Assembly (NCBI GenBank): GCA_013334825.1
Contig: JAAXWR010000002.1
Coordinates: 34,025 to 98,024, forward strand
DNA: 64,000 nt
Source: Candidatus Yonathbacteria bacterium
GTDB lineage: Bacteria > Patescibacteriota > Minisyncoccia > Phycocordibacterales > JACNGX01
Direction: 5' to 3'
Shown: positions 30,323-40,242 of the stretch, in pieces
Numbering within the stretch: position 1 is the stretch's first letter
Layout of the letters: every line of letters begins with the position of its first letter
Notes under the pieces: generated by a model
Told to the model about the DNA's origin: nothing
The model's input: the letters and a program-made list of their open reading frames with translations, nothing else
Databases searched by the model: none
Made by a program: the position numbers and the translations under genes

Positions 30323-31303
30323 ATGGCATTTACCGACGAATATCAATTTGAATCAAAAGCGGGCAAGGGCGGCGATGGCGTCGTTCGTTGGCGTCATGAA
30401 AAGTCTCGAGAGTTCGCAGGCCCTGCCGGTGGTGATGGTGGTCGGGGTGGTGATGTATATATACGCGCGGTGCGTGATATCGCGCTTCTTTCCAAGTATC
30501 GCAATAAAACACGATTTGATGCGGAGGACGGACATCCAGGAGAAAAGAAGAGTATGAAAGGAAAAAATGGCGAAGATTTGTATATTGAATTGCCAGTCGG
30601 CTCTGTGGTTACTAATCTTGATACGCACGAAATCTTTGATCTCACGCATGAAGGCGATACGTTCATGGTTCTCGCGGGTGGGCAAGGAGGATACGGTAAT
30701 GAGAACTTCAAAAGTTCACGCAATATCACACCCAAACAAGCGACCACGGGAAAGCCAGGGCAAGAAGGACGTTTCGCGGTTGAGCTCCGTCTCATTGCAG
30801 ATATTGGTCTTATTGGACTACCGAGCGCGGGCAAGTCTTCACTCTTGAATGCGCTCACGCACGCAGATGCGAAAGTTGGTGCCTACGATTTTACCACACT
30901 CGAGCCAAACCTTGGTGTGATGTATGGTATTGTGCTTGCGGATATTCCCGGACTCATTGAAGGGGCATCAGAGGGAAAAGGACTCGGACATAAATTTCTT
31001 CGTCATGTACGCCGGACGCATATTTTGGCGCACTGTGTCTCGTGTGAACATGATGATATCACAAGCGCTTACCATACTATCCGCGAAGAATTAAAACGAT
31101 ATGATGAAACGATGTGTGAGAAACCAGAGATACTCATTCTTACCAAGACAGATATGTGCAGTCCTGAAGAACTTTCGGAAAAAATAAAAGAAGCAAAAAA
31201 GCTTTCTCAGCATGTGGAAACAGTAACACTGTATGATGATGAATCAGTGAAATATATTGGTGGTGTATTTGCACGACTTGAGAATGAGAAACTAGGAATA
31301 TAA
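30323..31303 (+). CDS. obgE: GTPase ObgE/CgtA
   Basis: Gly-rich Obg domain, GLPSAGKS, FTTLEP, DIPGLIEG, TKTD. Confidence 0.96.
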   Translation: MAFTDEYQFESKAGKGGDGVVRWRHEKSREFAGPAGGDGGRGGDVYIRAVRDIALLSKYRNKTRFDAEDGHPGEKKSMKGKNGEDLYIELPVGSVVTNLDTHEIFDLTHEGDTFMVLAGGQGGYGNENFKSSRNITPKQATTGKPGQEGRFAVELRLIADIGLIGLPSAGKSSLLNALTHADAKVGAYDFTTLEPNLGVMYGIVLADIPGLIEGASEGKGLGHKFLRHVRRTHILAHCVSCEHDDITSAYHTIREELKRYDETMCEKPEILILTKTDMCSPEELSEKIKEAKKLSQHVETVTLYDDESVKYIGGVFARLENEKLGI

Positions 31304-31530
31304 ATATAGGAAAGAGGTTAGAGGTGATAGGGGCGGACAGGAATGTAGGAGAGAGGTTATAGGTTATAGGGACGAACACTCGAATCAAGCGTGCCCTGCA
31401 CCCTACGTGGTGCAGGGAATTAAGGGTTACGAAGTGCGAACTTGTATGCTTGCCCTACATTTCGCGTGGTGCTAGGAAACACACTTGAAACGGGACGGGA
31501 ATCAAAAGATATGAAATCAGGAATATGCTG
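31304..31530. repeat. Intergenic repeat patch with two 28-bp hairpin elements
   Basis: Elements at 31390-31417 and 31449-31477 in the same backbone that is empty at 636-690. Confidence 0.85.
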
Positions 31531-31563
31531 TGTATCAAATAAAAAACCGCACGACAGTGCGGT

Positions 31564-31848
31564 TTATGATATGTTCGCTAATGCGCGGGCAGCATATATT
31601 TCCTTTTGGACATGTTCGGGAAGCATAATCATGTCGTAACGAAAGTCAGCGACCAAAGGATGTTCGTATCGCTTATTCTCTGGACAGGACATGAATGCCT
31701 CATCAGCCTTAAGCATACCATCTATGATATTGTCAACGGCTGTGTAGAGTGGACCTACCTTGTTCACTTCTTGTTCTTTGTATGCCTTGCAACGAAAGAT
31801 GGGAACAAGTAAATCGTGCCCTCTTTTAAAAGTCATTTGAGTTTCCAT
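31564..31848 (-). CDS. Hypothetical protein (ORFan)
   Basis: 94-aa ORF with terminator at about 31541-31566. Confidence 0.55.
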   Translation of the reverse strand: METQMTFKRGHDLLVPIFRCKAYKEQEVNKVGPLYTAVDNIIDGMLKADEAFMSCPENKRYEHPLVADFRYDMIMLPEHVQKEIYAARALANIS

Positions 31849-31989
31849 AGCGACTATGTTTGATTGATGGAAAGTATGTACTTATGCAACACTATCTTTT
31901 TTTATTGACGGTGTCAATATCTTTTAAATTTTACGCTCTTTTATTCAGTTTTTCGTATATTTATATACTTACTATGTTATACTATTTGC

Positions 31990-32865
31990 ATGAAACAATT
32001 TCCTCCCGCATACGATGTTGCTATTGTCTATGACGGCGATTGCCCTGATGGTTTTGGTGGCGCATGGTCTGCATGGAAAATCTTTGGTGATGAAGCGACA
32101 TATATTCCTGGGCGATACGGTGAAGATAAATCGAAAGAGCTTGCGGGTAAGCATGTGTATTTTATTGATTTTTGCTATGAACCGAGGGATGTGATTGTTG
32201 CGCTTCGTCCCCACGTGCAAAGTATTACGCTTATTGATCATCACAAAACGCGTGCCGATATGGTGGATATGCCCGAAATAGACGATGCACTTATTGATAT
32301 GGAACAATCGGGAGCAGTTCTTGCGTGGAAATATTTTCATGAAGGACAACCAATACCACAAGTGTTGCAACATATTCAGGATTTTGATTTGTGGCGTTGG
32401 CAGTTGTCTGATACCGATGAGGTGGTAGAGATGCTTTCAACGTACCCATTTGATTTTTCTCTTTGGGACGGCATTATCGCATCCTTTGAAACAAAAGGAA
32501 ATGAGATGGAACAGTATCTTGCTGAAGGTCGGGCTATCGTGCGTAAACGTGATGACAGTGTGGCGCGTATTGTGGATGATGCGGAGGATGTGGTGTTTGA
32601 AGGTATTCCGTGTCTTCTCGCCAACAGCCGCGCTCACGTGTCGCATGTTGGTGCGGCGCTTGCGAAAAAGATGCCACCTATCGGTATCATTTGGTCACGT
32701 CGTGATGAACAGCTTATTTGTTCGCTCCGTTCCGACGGAAGTGTGGATGTGTCAGAGCTTGCCAAGCGGTATGGGGGAGGAGGACACAAAGTCGCAGCGG
32801 CATTTCGTATCCATGATCCAGAGTTTACAAAACTTGCCGAATTGTTTGGGAAGAAGGAGCGATAG
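31990..32865 (+). CDS. DHH/DHHA1-family phosphoesterase (nanoRNase-like)
   Basis: DCPDG, IDHH, QSGA.LAW, SLRS, GGGGH..AA.F. Confidence 0.9.
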   Translation: MKQFPPAYDVAIVYDGDCPDGFGGAWSAWKIFGDEATYIPGRYGEDKSKELAGKHVYFIDFCYEPRDVIVALRPHVQSITLIDHHKTRADMVDMPEIDDALIDMEQSGAVLAWKYFHEGQPIPQVLQHIQDFDLWRWQLSDTDEVVEMLSTYPFDFSLWDGIIASFETKGNEMEQYLAEGRAIVRKRDDSVARIVDDAEDVVFEGIPCLLANSRAHVSHVGAALAKKMPPIGIIWSRRDEQLICSLRSDGSVDVSELAKRYGGGGHKVAAAFRIHDPEFTKLAELFGKKER

Positions 32866-32985
32866 GAGATTAGGAGATTAAACGCTAGGAGATTAAAACG
32901 AAAAACGATAAACGATAAAAAGAAAAAGCCTCGAGCATGACTTGTCGTGCTCGGCTAAAACAAAAAAAAGCGACCGTGAGGTCGC

Positions 32986-33804
32986 TTACGCTTTTTCAAT
33001 ATATCCTTTTTCTTCCGCCCATCTGAACCATGTGTTGGACAGTATCTCGTGTTGATGGGCATTCTCTTCATCGTACTCTTTGATACCCAGAGGTTTTTCT
33101 TCAGTGACGAGAAAAAGGAATGCGAGGTGTTTTGTTTTAAGTACCCGTCGTTTTCCTGTTTCTTCGTCAAGAAGGATGATGCGAGACACTGTTTGCTCGT
33201 TAAGTGCACTTGCCATATGTATGACTTTCAGACTGAACGAGTCGTGTTTCATAAAACAGTCTTCGTTGTCAGGAGTTCGTCTCTCCCACTGGTTGAAACG
33301 AAAGCGGAATATGTCATCAGGACTTTTCGAGAGTATGTCATAGACTTCTCTCATAGATAGTAGAGTGGTCGTCGTTCCTTCTTCTTTCGGTTTCGTGACC
33401 ATCTTTTTGTACTCTAATGCGCCCCATAGAGGGAAAGAAAGTATTCTCCCATAGAGAAGTATAAAGTATGATGTTCGTACTTCACCCGCGGAGAGCTGTT
33501 CTTCCGCATCTCTAAAAGAACGATAGGTATATTCCCATCCGTAGCCCGCCTCTAGTGATAGAAGATTGACGAGTATCCATAGGCAAAGAATACTTATTTC
33601 TATTCCCTGACGATAAGGAATAGATGGGGTAGTAAATACAATGACGACTATGCATAATACACATATGCTTACCGCTATGTTTATGTAGAGGGCAGAAAGA
33701 AAAGACGGAAGTGGCAATGCCTCGGCGCTGTGTTTCATTTGCTGGTGTTCCATACTGTTCTTGTGTTTTATGGTGAAAGGTAACTCTGTCGGTGAGAATA
33801 CCAT
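32986..33804 (-). CDS. Hypothetical membrane protein (ORFan)
   Basis: 2-3 hydrophobic segments; start may be at the later Met. Confidence 0.6.
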   Translation of the reverse strand: MVFSPTELPFTIKHKNSMEHQQMKHSAEALPLPSFLSALYINIAVSICVLCIVVIVFTTPSIPYRQGIEISILCLWILVNLLSLEAGYGWEYTYRSFRDAEEQLSAGEVRTSYFILLYGRILSFPLWGALEYKKMVTKPKEEGTTTTLLSMREVYDILSKSPDDIFRFRFNQWERRTPDNEDCFMKHDSFSLKVIHMASALNEQTVSRIILLDEETGKRRVLKTKHLAFLFLVTEEKPLGIKEYDEENAHQHEILSNTWFRWAEEKGYIEKA

Positions 33805-33957
33805 GCAGAGAACAAAAAAGGAAGTAAATATAAAAAGAGGAAAAAAAATGGGAATGTGTTATAATCAGCATATTGGCAGATGCAACAGAAAACTCGTCGC
33901 GTCTACCGAGAATTCTCTATTCTCTTGATTCTTACTTCCTGATTCTTTTTTCTCGTT

Positions 33958-35373
33958 ATGCCGTATCGTCCCGTTATTGGACTTGAAATACATGCAGAAC
34001 TTCATACACAGACGAAGATGTTTTGTGCGTGCAAGAATGATGCTGAGGAGACGCGCCCAAATGTAAATATTTGCCCTGTGTGTATGGCACACCCGGGTAC
34101 TCTTCCGGTGATGAACAAGAAGGCAGTGGAGCACGTACTTCGTGTGGGGACAGCTGTTGGGGGAATGCTCGCAACACAGTTTACCGAATTTGACCGTAAA
34201 AATTATTTTTATCCCGACATCCCAAAAGGGTATCAGATAAGCCAATACAAATATCCACTGGTATCTGGAGGGATACTTGCTGGCGTAGAGATTACACGTA
34301 TTCATCTTGAAGAAGATACCGCGACGTCTAAACATAATAAAGGCGATTATTCCCTGATTGATTATAATCGCGCGGGAGTCCCTTTGATGGAGTTGGTGAC
34401 AGAACCAGTGATTGCGGATGCCGAAACAGCGATGCGTTTTGCAAAAGAGCTTCAACTTCTCTTGCGGTATTTGGGCGCGAGTGAGGCGAATATGGAAAAA
34501 GGGCAAATGCGCGTAGAAGCAAATATTTCTGTATATAAAGAAGGTGATGACCGCCTGTCCGGCACCAAGGTAGAAGTAAAAAATCTTAATTCGTTTCGTG
34601 TGGTTGGGAAAGCTATCGCGCATGAAATTGAACGTCAAATCACAGTAATTGAACGTGGTGAGAAAGTTGTACAAGAAACACGCGGATGGGATGAAAATAA
34701 AGGAGAAACATTTTCTCAGCGCAAAAAAGAATCTTCACATGACTATCGGTATTTCCCGGATCCTGATTTGCCGAAACTTGATATTTCAGAAATCACAGAA
34801 TTTGCGACATTTGTTCTTCCTGAATTACCGTGGCAGAAACGCGAACGGTATGCGCGAGAGTATGGCATTAAGGCAGAAGATATTGAAAGTTATGTTACGG
34901 ACACGATCCTCGGTGCATATTTTGAACGCATTGCAGACATTCTCGAAGGGGATACGCAAGCTGTCTTACTTGCATCCAATTATATTACGTCTGATATCAT
35001 TGGGCTTATGCAAGTCTCGGATGGGGACATATTGAGTCGGATTACGCCCGAATCACTTGCGTCGCTTGTTGGTATGGTTGCTGGTGGGGAGGTTTCGTCA
35101 CGTGGAGCAAAAGATATATTGAAAGTGATGTCAGAACGCGGAGGAGACCCTCGAATGATTGCGAGTGAGCACAATCTTTTTCAAAAGAGCGACACAGAAG
35201 CACTTGGCGTTATTGTTGATGACGTGATTGCTGGTAATACACAAGCTGTTCTTGAATATCGTGCGGGTAAAATCGCATCACTCCAGTTCTTGATAGGGCA
35301 AGGAATGAAAGCAAGTAAAGGCTCGGCAAATCCGTCAGTCCTTAAGGAACTATTTGAAGAGAAATTGAAATAG
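33958..35373 (+). CDS. gatB: Asp/Glu-tRNA amidotransferase subunit B
   Basis: IGLEIH, DRKNYFYPD.PKGYQISQ, DYRYFPDPDL. Confidence 0.97.
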   Translation: MPYRPVIGLEIHAELHTQTKMFCACKNDAEETRPNVNICPVCMAHPGTLPVMNKKAVEHVLRVGTAVGGMLATQFTEFDRKNYFYPDIPKGYQISQYKYPLVSGGILAGVEITRIHLEEDTATSKHNKGDYSLIDYNRAGVPLMELVTEPVIADAETAMRFAKELQLLLRYLGASEANMEKGQMRVEANISVYKEGDDRLSGTKVEVKNLNSFRVVGKAIAHEIERQITVIERGEKVVQETRGWDENKGETFSQRKKESSHDYRYFPDPDLPKLDISEITEFATFVLPELPWQKRERYAREYGIKAEDIESYVTDTILGAYFERIADILEGDTQAVLLASNYITSDIIGLMQVSDGDILSRITPESLASLVGMVAGGEVSSRGAKDILKVMSERGGDPRMIASEHNLFQKSDTEALGVIVDDVIAGNTQAVLEYRAGKIASLQFLIGQGMKASKGSANPSVLKELFEEKLK

Positions 35374-35459
35374 ATAGTAAAAATAAAGAAGTATAGCGGG
35401 ACAGAGTCCCGTCGTAATTTCGTTTTATAAAAAAACGGCGCGTTGCGCCGTTTGTAACA

Positions 35460-35702
35460 TTAGCTCATCTTGGGAGAAAAAGGACCTTGCCCTGCTTCCA
35501 AGAATGGGCATAATTTCGCAATCCCTTTTCTTAAGAATTTTTTTCCTTTCCCAGAAAGTATGACAACATTGTCGACTTCTCTTGATGCAATAAGAGTCGT
35601 AAGAAAGTCTTGATATGTTTGGGGATTAGTAAATTCTTTATACATTCCATGAAGAGAATCACAGAAAGTAAAAAGAACACGGTATGTTTTCAATGTTTCC
35701 AT
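35460..35702 (-). CDS. Hypothetical protein (ORFan)
   Basis: 80-aa ORF, GGTATAAT upstream, hairpin downstream. Confidence 0.5.
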   Translation of the reverse strand: METLKTYRVLFTFCDSLHGMYKEFTNPQTYQDFLTTLIASREVDNVVILSGKGKKFLRKGIAKLCPFLEAGQGPFSPKMS

Positions 35703-35881
35703 GAGACACCTCGTTTTTTTGTTGTACGTTACCAGTTTTTATTATACCCAATGTATATACAGAAGATATGGTATACTGTGTACAAGGTTTATGCTGGTTT
35801 TTGTTTGATGTCAAGTTTCTCGCATACTAACCCCCTAATTTACCAATCTCCTGATATCCTAATTTACTAACCTCCTACCTT

Positions 35882-36922
35882 ATGTCTACTACTATTGCTA
35901 TTAATGGATTTGGTCGTATTGGTCGTGCGTTTTTCAAACTCGCATTTGCGCATCCTGAAATTAATATTGTTGCTGTGAATGATTTGGGTGATGTTGATAA
36001 TCTTGCATACCTTCTCAAATACGATACCGCGTATGGGCGAAGTGGATTTGAGGCGACGGTGATTGATGGGGGACTTCTTGTCGTTCATGATGGTATCGAG
36101 AAAGAAATTCGCCTGTTTTCAGAAAAAGACCCGAGCATGTTGCCGTGGAGAGATCTTGATATTGATATTGTTATTGAATCAACGGGTGTCTTTGATAGTT
36201 ATGAAAAATCAAAAATGCACCTTGAGGCAGGAGCGAAGCGTGTCGTGATTTCCGCGCCGGTGAAAGATAATCCTGCTGATGCGGGCATTGAAGGAGGGAC
36301 GATGCTTATGGGTATCAATCATGAGGACTTGGCAACGGCGCGTATCAGTTCAAATGGTTCTTGTACAACAAACGCAGCCGCGCCACTTATCCAGATACTT
36401 CATGAGTCAATCGGTGTGGAAAAAGCGCTTCTTTCTACCGTGCATGCGTATACCGCAACACAGGGTATCGTAGACGGTCCTGCGCGTAAAGATTTTCGTC
36501 GAGGTCGTGCCGCGGCACAAAATATTGTGCCTGCTTCTACCGGTGCAGCAATTGCCACAACACAGGTAATCACAGATTTGGAAGGTAAGTTCGATGGTGT
36601 CGCCATGCGTGTTCCTGTTATTGTTGGTTCGATTGTGGATATTACATTTATTGCTTCTCGCTCAACTTCTGCTGAAGAAGTGAATGATATTCTGCGCGTG
36701 GCTGCTGCGTCAGACCGTTGGGAAAACATCTTTGGTGTGACGGAAGAAGAAATTGTTTCTTCAGATATTATTGGTAATCCCTATCCATCTCTTGCTGATT
36801 TATCATTTACCCGTGTGGTAGATGGTAATCTTGTTAAAGTGCTTGCATGGTATGATAATGAAGCGGGTTACACCAATGCACTTTTGCTCCACGTACTCGA
36901 AAGCGGAAAATATATTGGGTAG
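35882..36922 (+). CDS. gap: Glyceraldehyde-3-phosphate dehydrogenase type I
   Basis: INGFGRIGR, SNGSCTTN, WYDNE.GY. Confidence 0.97.
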   Translation: MSTTIAINGFGRIGRAFFKLAFAHPEINIVAVNDLGDVDNLAYLLKYDTAYGRSGFEATVIDGGLLVVHDGIEKEIRLFSEKDPSMLPWRDLDIDIVIESTGVFDSYEKSKMHLEAGAKRVVISAPVKDNPADAGIEGGTMLMGINHEDLATARISSNGSCTTNAAAPLIQILHESIGVEKALLSTVHAYTATQGIVDGPARKDFRRGRAAAQNIVPASTGAAIATTQVITDLEGKFDGVAMRVPVIVGSIVDITFIASRSTSAEEVNDILRVAAASDRWENIFGVTEEEIVSSDIIGNPYPSLADLSFTRVVDGNLVKVLAWYDNEAGYTNALLLHVLESGKYIG

Positions 36923-37026
36923 AAATTACAAGTTTCAAGAACGGTTACGAATAATGAGTATGTAGAAAATAGCCATCTTTTCCTTTCCTAATCTCCTAAT
37001 TTCCTAATCTCCTAACATACTAATTT

Positions 37027-37494
37027 ATGATTCTCCACATTGCTGCCGATCACGCTGGTCATGCTCTCAAAGAATACTTGGTATCTGTTTTTCGCAAAGA
37101 AGGATATGAAGTCACGGATCATGGGGCACATGCCTATAATAAAGAAGACGATTATCCCGATTTCATATATCCTGCTGCACGGGCGGTCGGAGAAGCATCT
37201 CTTAAGAACGAGGATGTACGCGGTATCATTATTGGTGGTTCCGGGCAAGGAGAAGCAATGGTCGCCAATCGTGTGCTGGGAGTACGTGCTGCAGTATGGT
37301 ATGGAGGGGATCGTCATATTCCATTATTGTCACGTGAACATAATGACGCGAACATCCTTTCTCTCGGCGCACGCTTTATGGATAAAACACTCGCTGAAGA
37401 TGTGATAAAAGAGTGGCTTGCCATGCCGTTTTCAAACGACGACCGACATGTGCGGAGGATTAAGAAGATAGACGGGGACGTGAATAATGAATAA
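37027..37494 (+). CDS. rpiB: Ribose-5-phosphate isomerase B
   Basis: ADHAG, DDYPD, GGSGQG, REHNDANIL. Confidence 0.93.
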   Translation: MILHIAADHAGHALKEYLVSVFRKEGYEVTDHGAHAYNKEDDYPDFIYPAARAVGEASLKNEDVRGIIIGGSGQGEAMVANRVLGVRAAVWYGGDRHIPLLSREHNDANILSLGARFMDKTLAEDVIKEWLAMPFSNDDRHVRRIKKIDGDVNNE

Positions 37495-37507
37495 TGAATT
37501 ACGAATT

Positions 37508-38023
37508 ATGAATATTGAAGCAAAAGAATTTAAACAGCTTGTCGATCTGGTGTATAGTGCCCATCAAGAACATAATACGCGCAAGGACTATAGACAGGAG
37601 GGCACAGTACCGTTTGTTGTACATCCTTTGTGGTGTGCACTCACTCTTCTTAATGATCAGCGTATTCCGTTTGAGGAGCGTCGCATCGGATATCAAGCAC
37701 TTCTTTTACATGATGTGTTAGAGGATACGGATATGGATATACCAGAGGATATTTCTCGTGAGGTTGTTGCGTTAGTGCAAGAAATGACACATGCCTCATG
37801 GGATGACGAACAAAATATCTCAGGTAAAAGTCATATCGTAAAATTATTGAAGCTCACAGACAAAATTGCCAGTATGTATGATGAGACAGTCCGTCCAGAC
37901 CCAGTTCGTCGACGACAATGGAAGGAATTAATAGAGCGTTTGTTGGCTGATGTTGAAGTACACTATGGAAATATCCGATTAGTGACACTTGCAAAAGCGA
38001 TTCTTGCCGATACAGATTGGTAA
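37508..38023 (+). CDS. HD-domain hydrolase (Mesh1/SpoT-like small alarmone hydrolase type)
   Basis: AH..., PFVVHP, ALLLHDVLEDT, LKL.DK. Confidence 0.75.
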   Translation: MNIEAKEFKQLVDLVYSAHQEHNTRKDYRQEGTVPFVVHPLWCALTLLNDQRIPFEERRIGYQALLLHDVLEDTDMDIPEDISREVVALVQEMTHASWDDEQNISGKSHIVKLLKLTDKIASMYDETVRPDPVRRRQWKELIERLLADVEVHYGNIRLVTLAKAILADTDW

Positions 38024-38057
38024 CCGTACTCGTCTATTCATAATTCTTTATTCACGT

Positions 38058-38768
38058 ATGTCTCTCGAACTCATTCCAGCCATTATTCCTGAAAGTCTCG
38101 ATGATTTATCGCGTAAACTTTCTCTTGTTGAGGGTCTTGTTCCTGTTGTCCAAATTGATATGGTAGACGGTATCTTTGCGCCCCATGCGCGCAAAAGTTG
38201 GCCGTTTGCTGACGTGAATGGTATGGGGGAGTTTCGTCGGATCGGTGCAGAAGAAGACGGACTTCCTTTTTGGGATAGCTTTTTCTTTGAAGCAGATCTT
38301 ATGGTGCGAGAACCAGAACGTATGCTTGAAGATATTATTGCGGCAGGTTTTGGTCGTGTTGTTGTTCATTTGGGAAGCACAGAGCAATTTCGTGATATTG
38401 TTGAACGTCTTCGCGCGTTTGATGTAGAGACAGTTATCGCGCTCTCTCTTGAGGATGATCCCGCAGATATCGAAATCTACGCGGATGATATTGATGCAAT
38501 ACAGTGCATGGGTATTAGCCGTATCGGTGCACAAGGACAACAGACGGATGAACGTATCTATGAACGTGTGTCCACATTGCGAGCAATGTACCCTGACCGT
38601 ATAATAAGTGTAGATGGTGGCGTAACGCTTGCGAATGCGTCACTTCTTATCGGAGCTGGTGCTGACCGACTTGTATCAGGTTCGGCAGTGTTTGGTGCTG
38701 ACGACATAGGAAAAGCAATTGCTGATTTTTACACGATTGAGGACCGAAGCGAAGAACTTTTTTCATGA
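38058..38768 (+). CDS. rpe: Ribulose-phosphate 3-epimerase
   Basis: IIP..., QIDMVDG.F, LMV..P, G.QGQ, VDGGV, VSGSA. Confidence 0.88.
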   Translation: MSLELIPAIIPESLDDLSRKLSLVEGLVPVVQIDMVDGIFAPHARKSWPFADVNGMGEFRRIGAEEDGLPFWDSFFFEADLMVREPERMLEDIIAAGFGRVVVHLGSTEQFRDIVERLRAFDVETVIALSLEDDPADIEIYADDIDAIQCMGISRIGAQGQQTDERIYERVSTLRAMYPDRIISVDGGVTLANASLLIGAGADRLVSGSAVFGADDIGKAIADFYTIEDRSEELFS

Positions 38769-39628
38769 AACCTCTTACTGATGACAATGTACGCGATCTC
38801 ACAGAGCGTGCTCGTGCGATACGCGAAAGTATTATCGACATGCTTCTTTCTGCTGGGTCTGGACATACCGCGGGACCTTTGGGGATGGCGGATATTTTCG
38901 CGCTCATGTATTTTCATGTGTTGCGTCACAAGCCAAAAGATCCGTTGTGGTCTGCACGTGATAGAGTCATTCTTTCCAATGGACATATTTGTCCAGTGTT
39001 GTACGCGACCATGGCACATGCGGGATATTTCCCTGTGCAAGAATTGACTACATTACGCGCATTTGGTTCGCGTTTGCAAGGACATCCTCATCGTGAATGG
39101 CTACCAGGAATTGAGACAAGTTCGGGACCACTTGGCTCTGGACTTTCACAAGCGATTGGTATGGCGCTCGCCGAACGTATGGACAGAGGGCGTGCGAGTG
39201 ACACGTATTTTTATGTGTTTATGGGTGATGGGGAACTTGACGCGGGACAAGTATGGGAAGCGGTGATGCTTGCCGGTAAAGAACGTCTTGCCAATATCTT
39301 GGTTATTATTGACCGCAACAATATTCAAATTGATGGATATACATGGGATGTGATGCCACTTGAGCCACTCTACGAAAAATGGGAGAGTTTTAATTGGCAG
39401 GTACAAGAAGTCGATGGGCACAACTTTGAAGCAATGAATGACGCTATTGGTAAAGCACAGTCCGCATATGGTATGCCGTCAGTTATCATCGCGCATACAA
39501 TTCCTGGGAAAGGAGTAGATGGATTTGAGAAAGATTATACATGGCATGGGAAACCACCAAATAAAGAAGAAGCAACACGCGCGCTTGAAGAATTGCGAAC
39601 GCTGGGAGGAAAAATAGCCGAAGATTAA
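38765..39628 (+). CDS. Transketolase N-terminal subunit
   Basis: GSGH, RD..ILSNGH, LQGHP, GDGE..G, HGKPP. Confidence 0.94.
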   Translation: MKPLTDDNVRDLTERARAIRESIIDMLLSAGSGHTAGPLGMADIFALMYFHVLRHKPKDPLWSARDRVILSNGHICPVLYATMAHAGYFPVQELTTLRAFGSRLQGHPHREWLPGIETSSGPLGSGLSQAIGMALAERMDRGRASDTYFYVFMGDGELDAGQVWEAVMLAGKERLANILVIIDRNNIQIDGYTWDVMPLEPLYEKWESFNWQVQEVDGHNFEAMNDAIGKAQSAYGMPSVIIAHTIPGKGVDGFEKDYTWHGKPPNKEEATRALEELRTLGGKIAED

Positions 39629-39629
39629 A

Positions 39630-39800
39630 CGAAGTTTCAAGTTGTTAGTTTCAAGTTGCTAGATTGGTTACGAAGTACGAACGAGTACGAACATACGAAC
39701 ATAAACTCACCAATATAGTTGTCCATGTTCAGTAGCGTTCGTATGTTCCCTAAACCGCGTAGGGTTCAGGGCAAGCGTATAAGTTCGTACTTCGTAATCT
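39630..39800. repeat. MITE-like element with TACGAAC tandem inverted arms
   Basis: ttacgaagtacgaacgagtacgaacatacgaac ... inverted arm carrying a 28-bp hairpin at 39748-39775. Confidence 0.85.
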
Positions 39801-39820
39801 AATATTATTTACTGTACTAT

Positions 39821-40228
39821 ATGGATATCATCACCCAAAAAACTGAAGAACCAATTATTATTCTTGAGACAGAAACTACTTCTTCGCTTACTCCACCGAT
39901 TTCCTACGATGATTTTATGTCTGTTGATATTCGTGTTGGCACTATTATTGAAGCGAGTTTGTTTCCTGAAGCGCGCAAGCCGATGCATAAATTCGTGATT
40001 GATTTTGGCCAGGATATCGGTCTCCGTCGCTCATGTGGACAAATTACTCAAAACTACACCCCTGAACAATTGGTGGGCAAGCAAGTTTTAGGTGTGGTGA
40101 ATTTTCCTGAGAAACAAATCGGTCCCTATGTATCGCAAGCACTCACCTTAGGGTTTCGTGACTTTGAGAACGGTGTTGTCTTGGTAACACCAGAACATGC
40201 AGTGCCAAATGGAGAACGGTTGATGTAA
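39821..40228 (+). CDS. tRNA-binding OB-fold protein (CsaA/Trbp111 family)
   Basis: DF..VDIRVG.I, FPEARKP, IDFG, VVNFP.KQIG. Confidence 0.88.
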   Translation: MDIITQKTEEPIIILETETTSSLTPPISYDDFMSVDIRVGTIIEASLFPEARKPMHKFVIDFGQDIGLRRSCGQITQNYTPEQLVGKQVLGVVNFPEKQIGPYVSQALTLGFRDFENGVVLVTPEHAVPNGERLM

Positions 40229-40242
40229 GTAATAAAAAAGAA

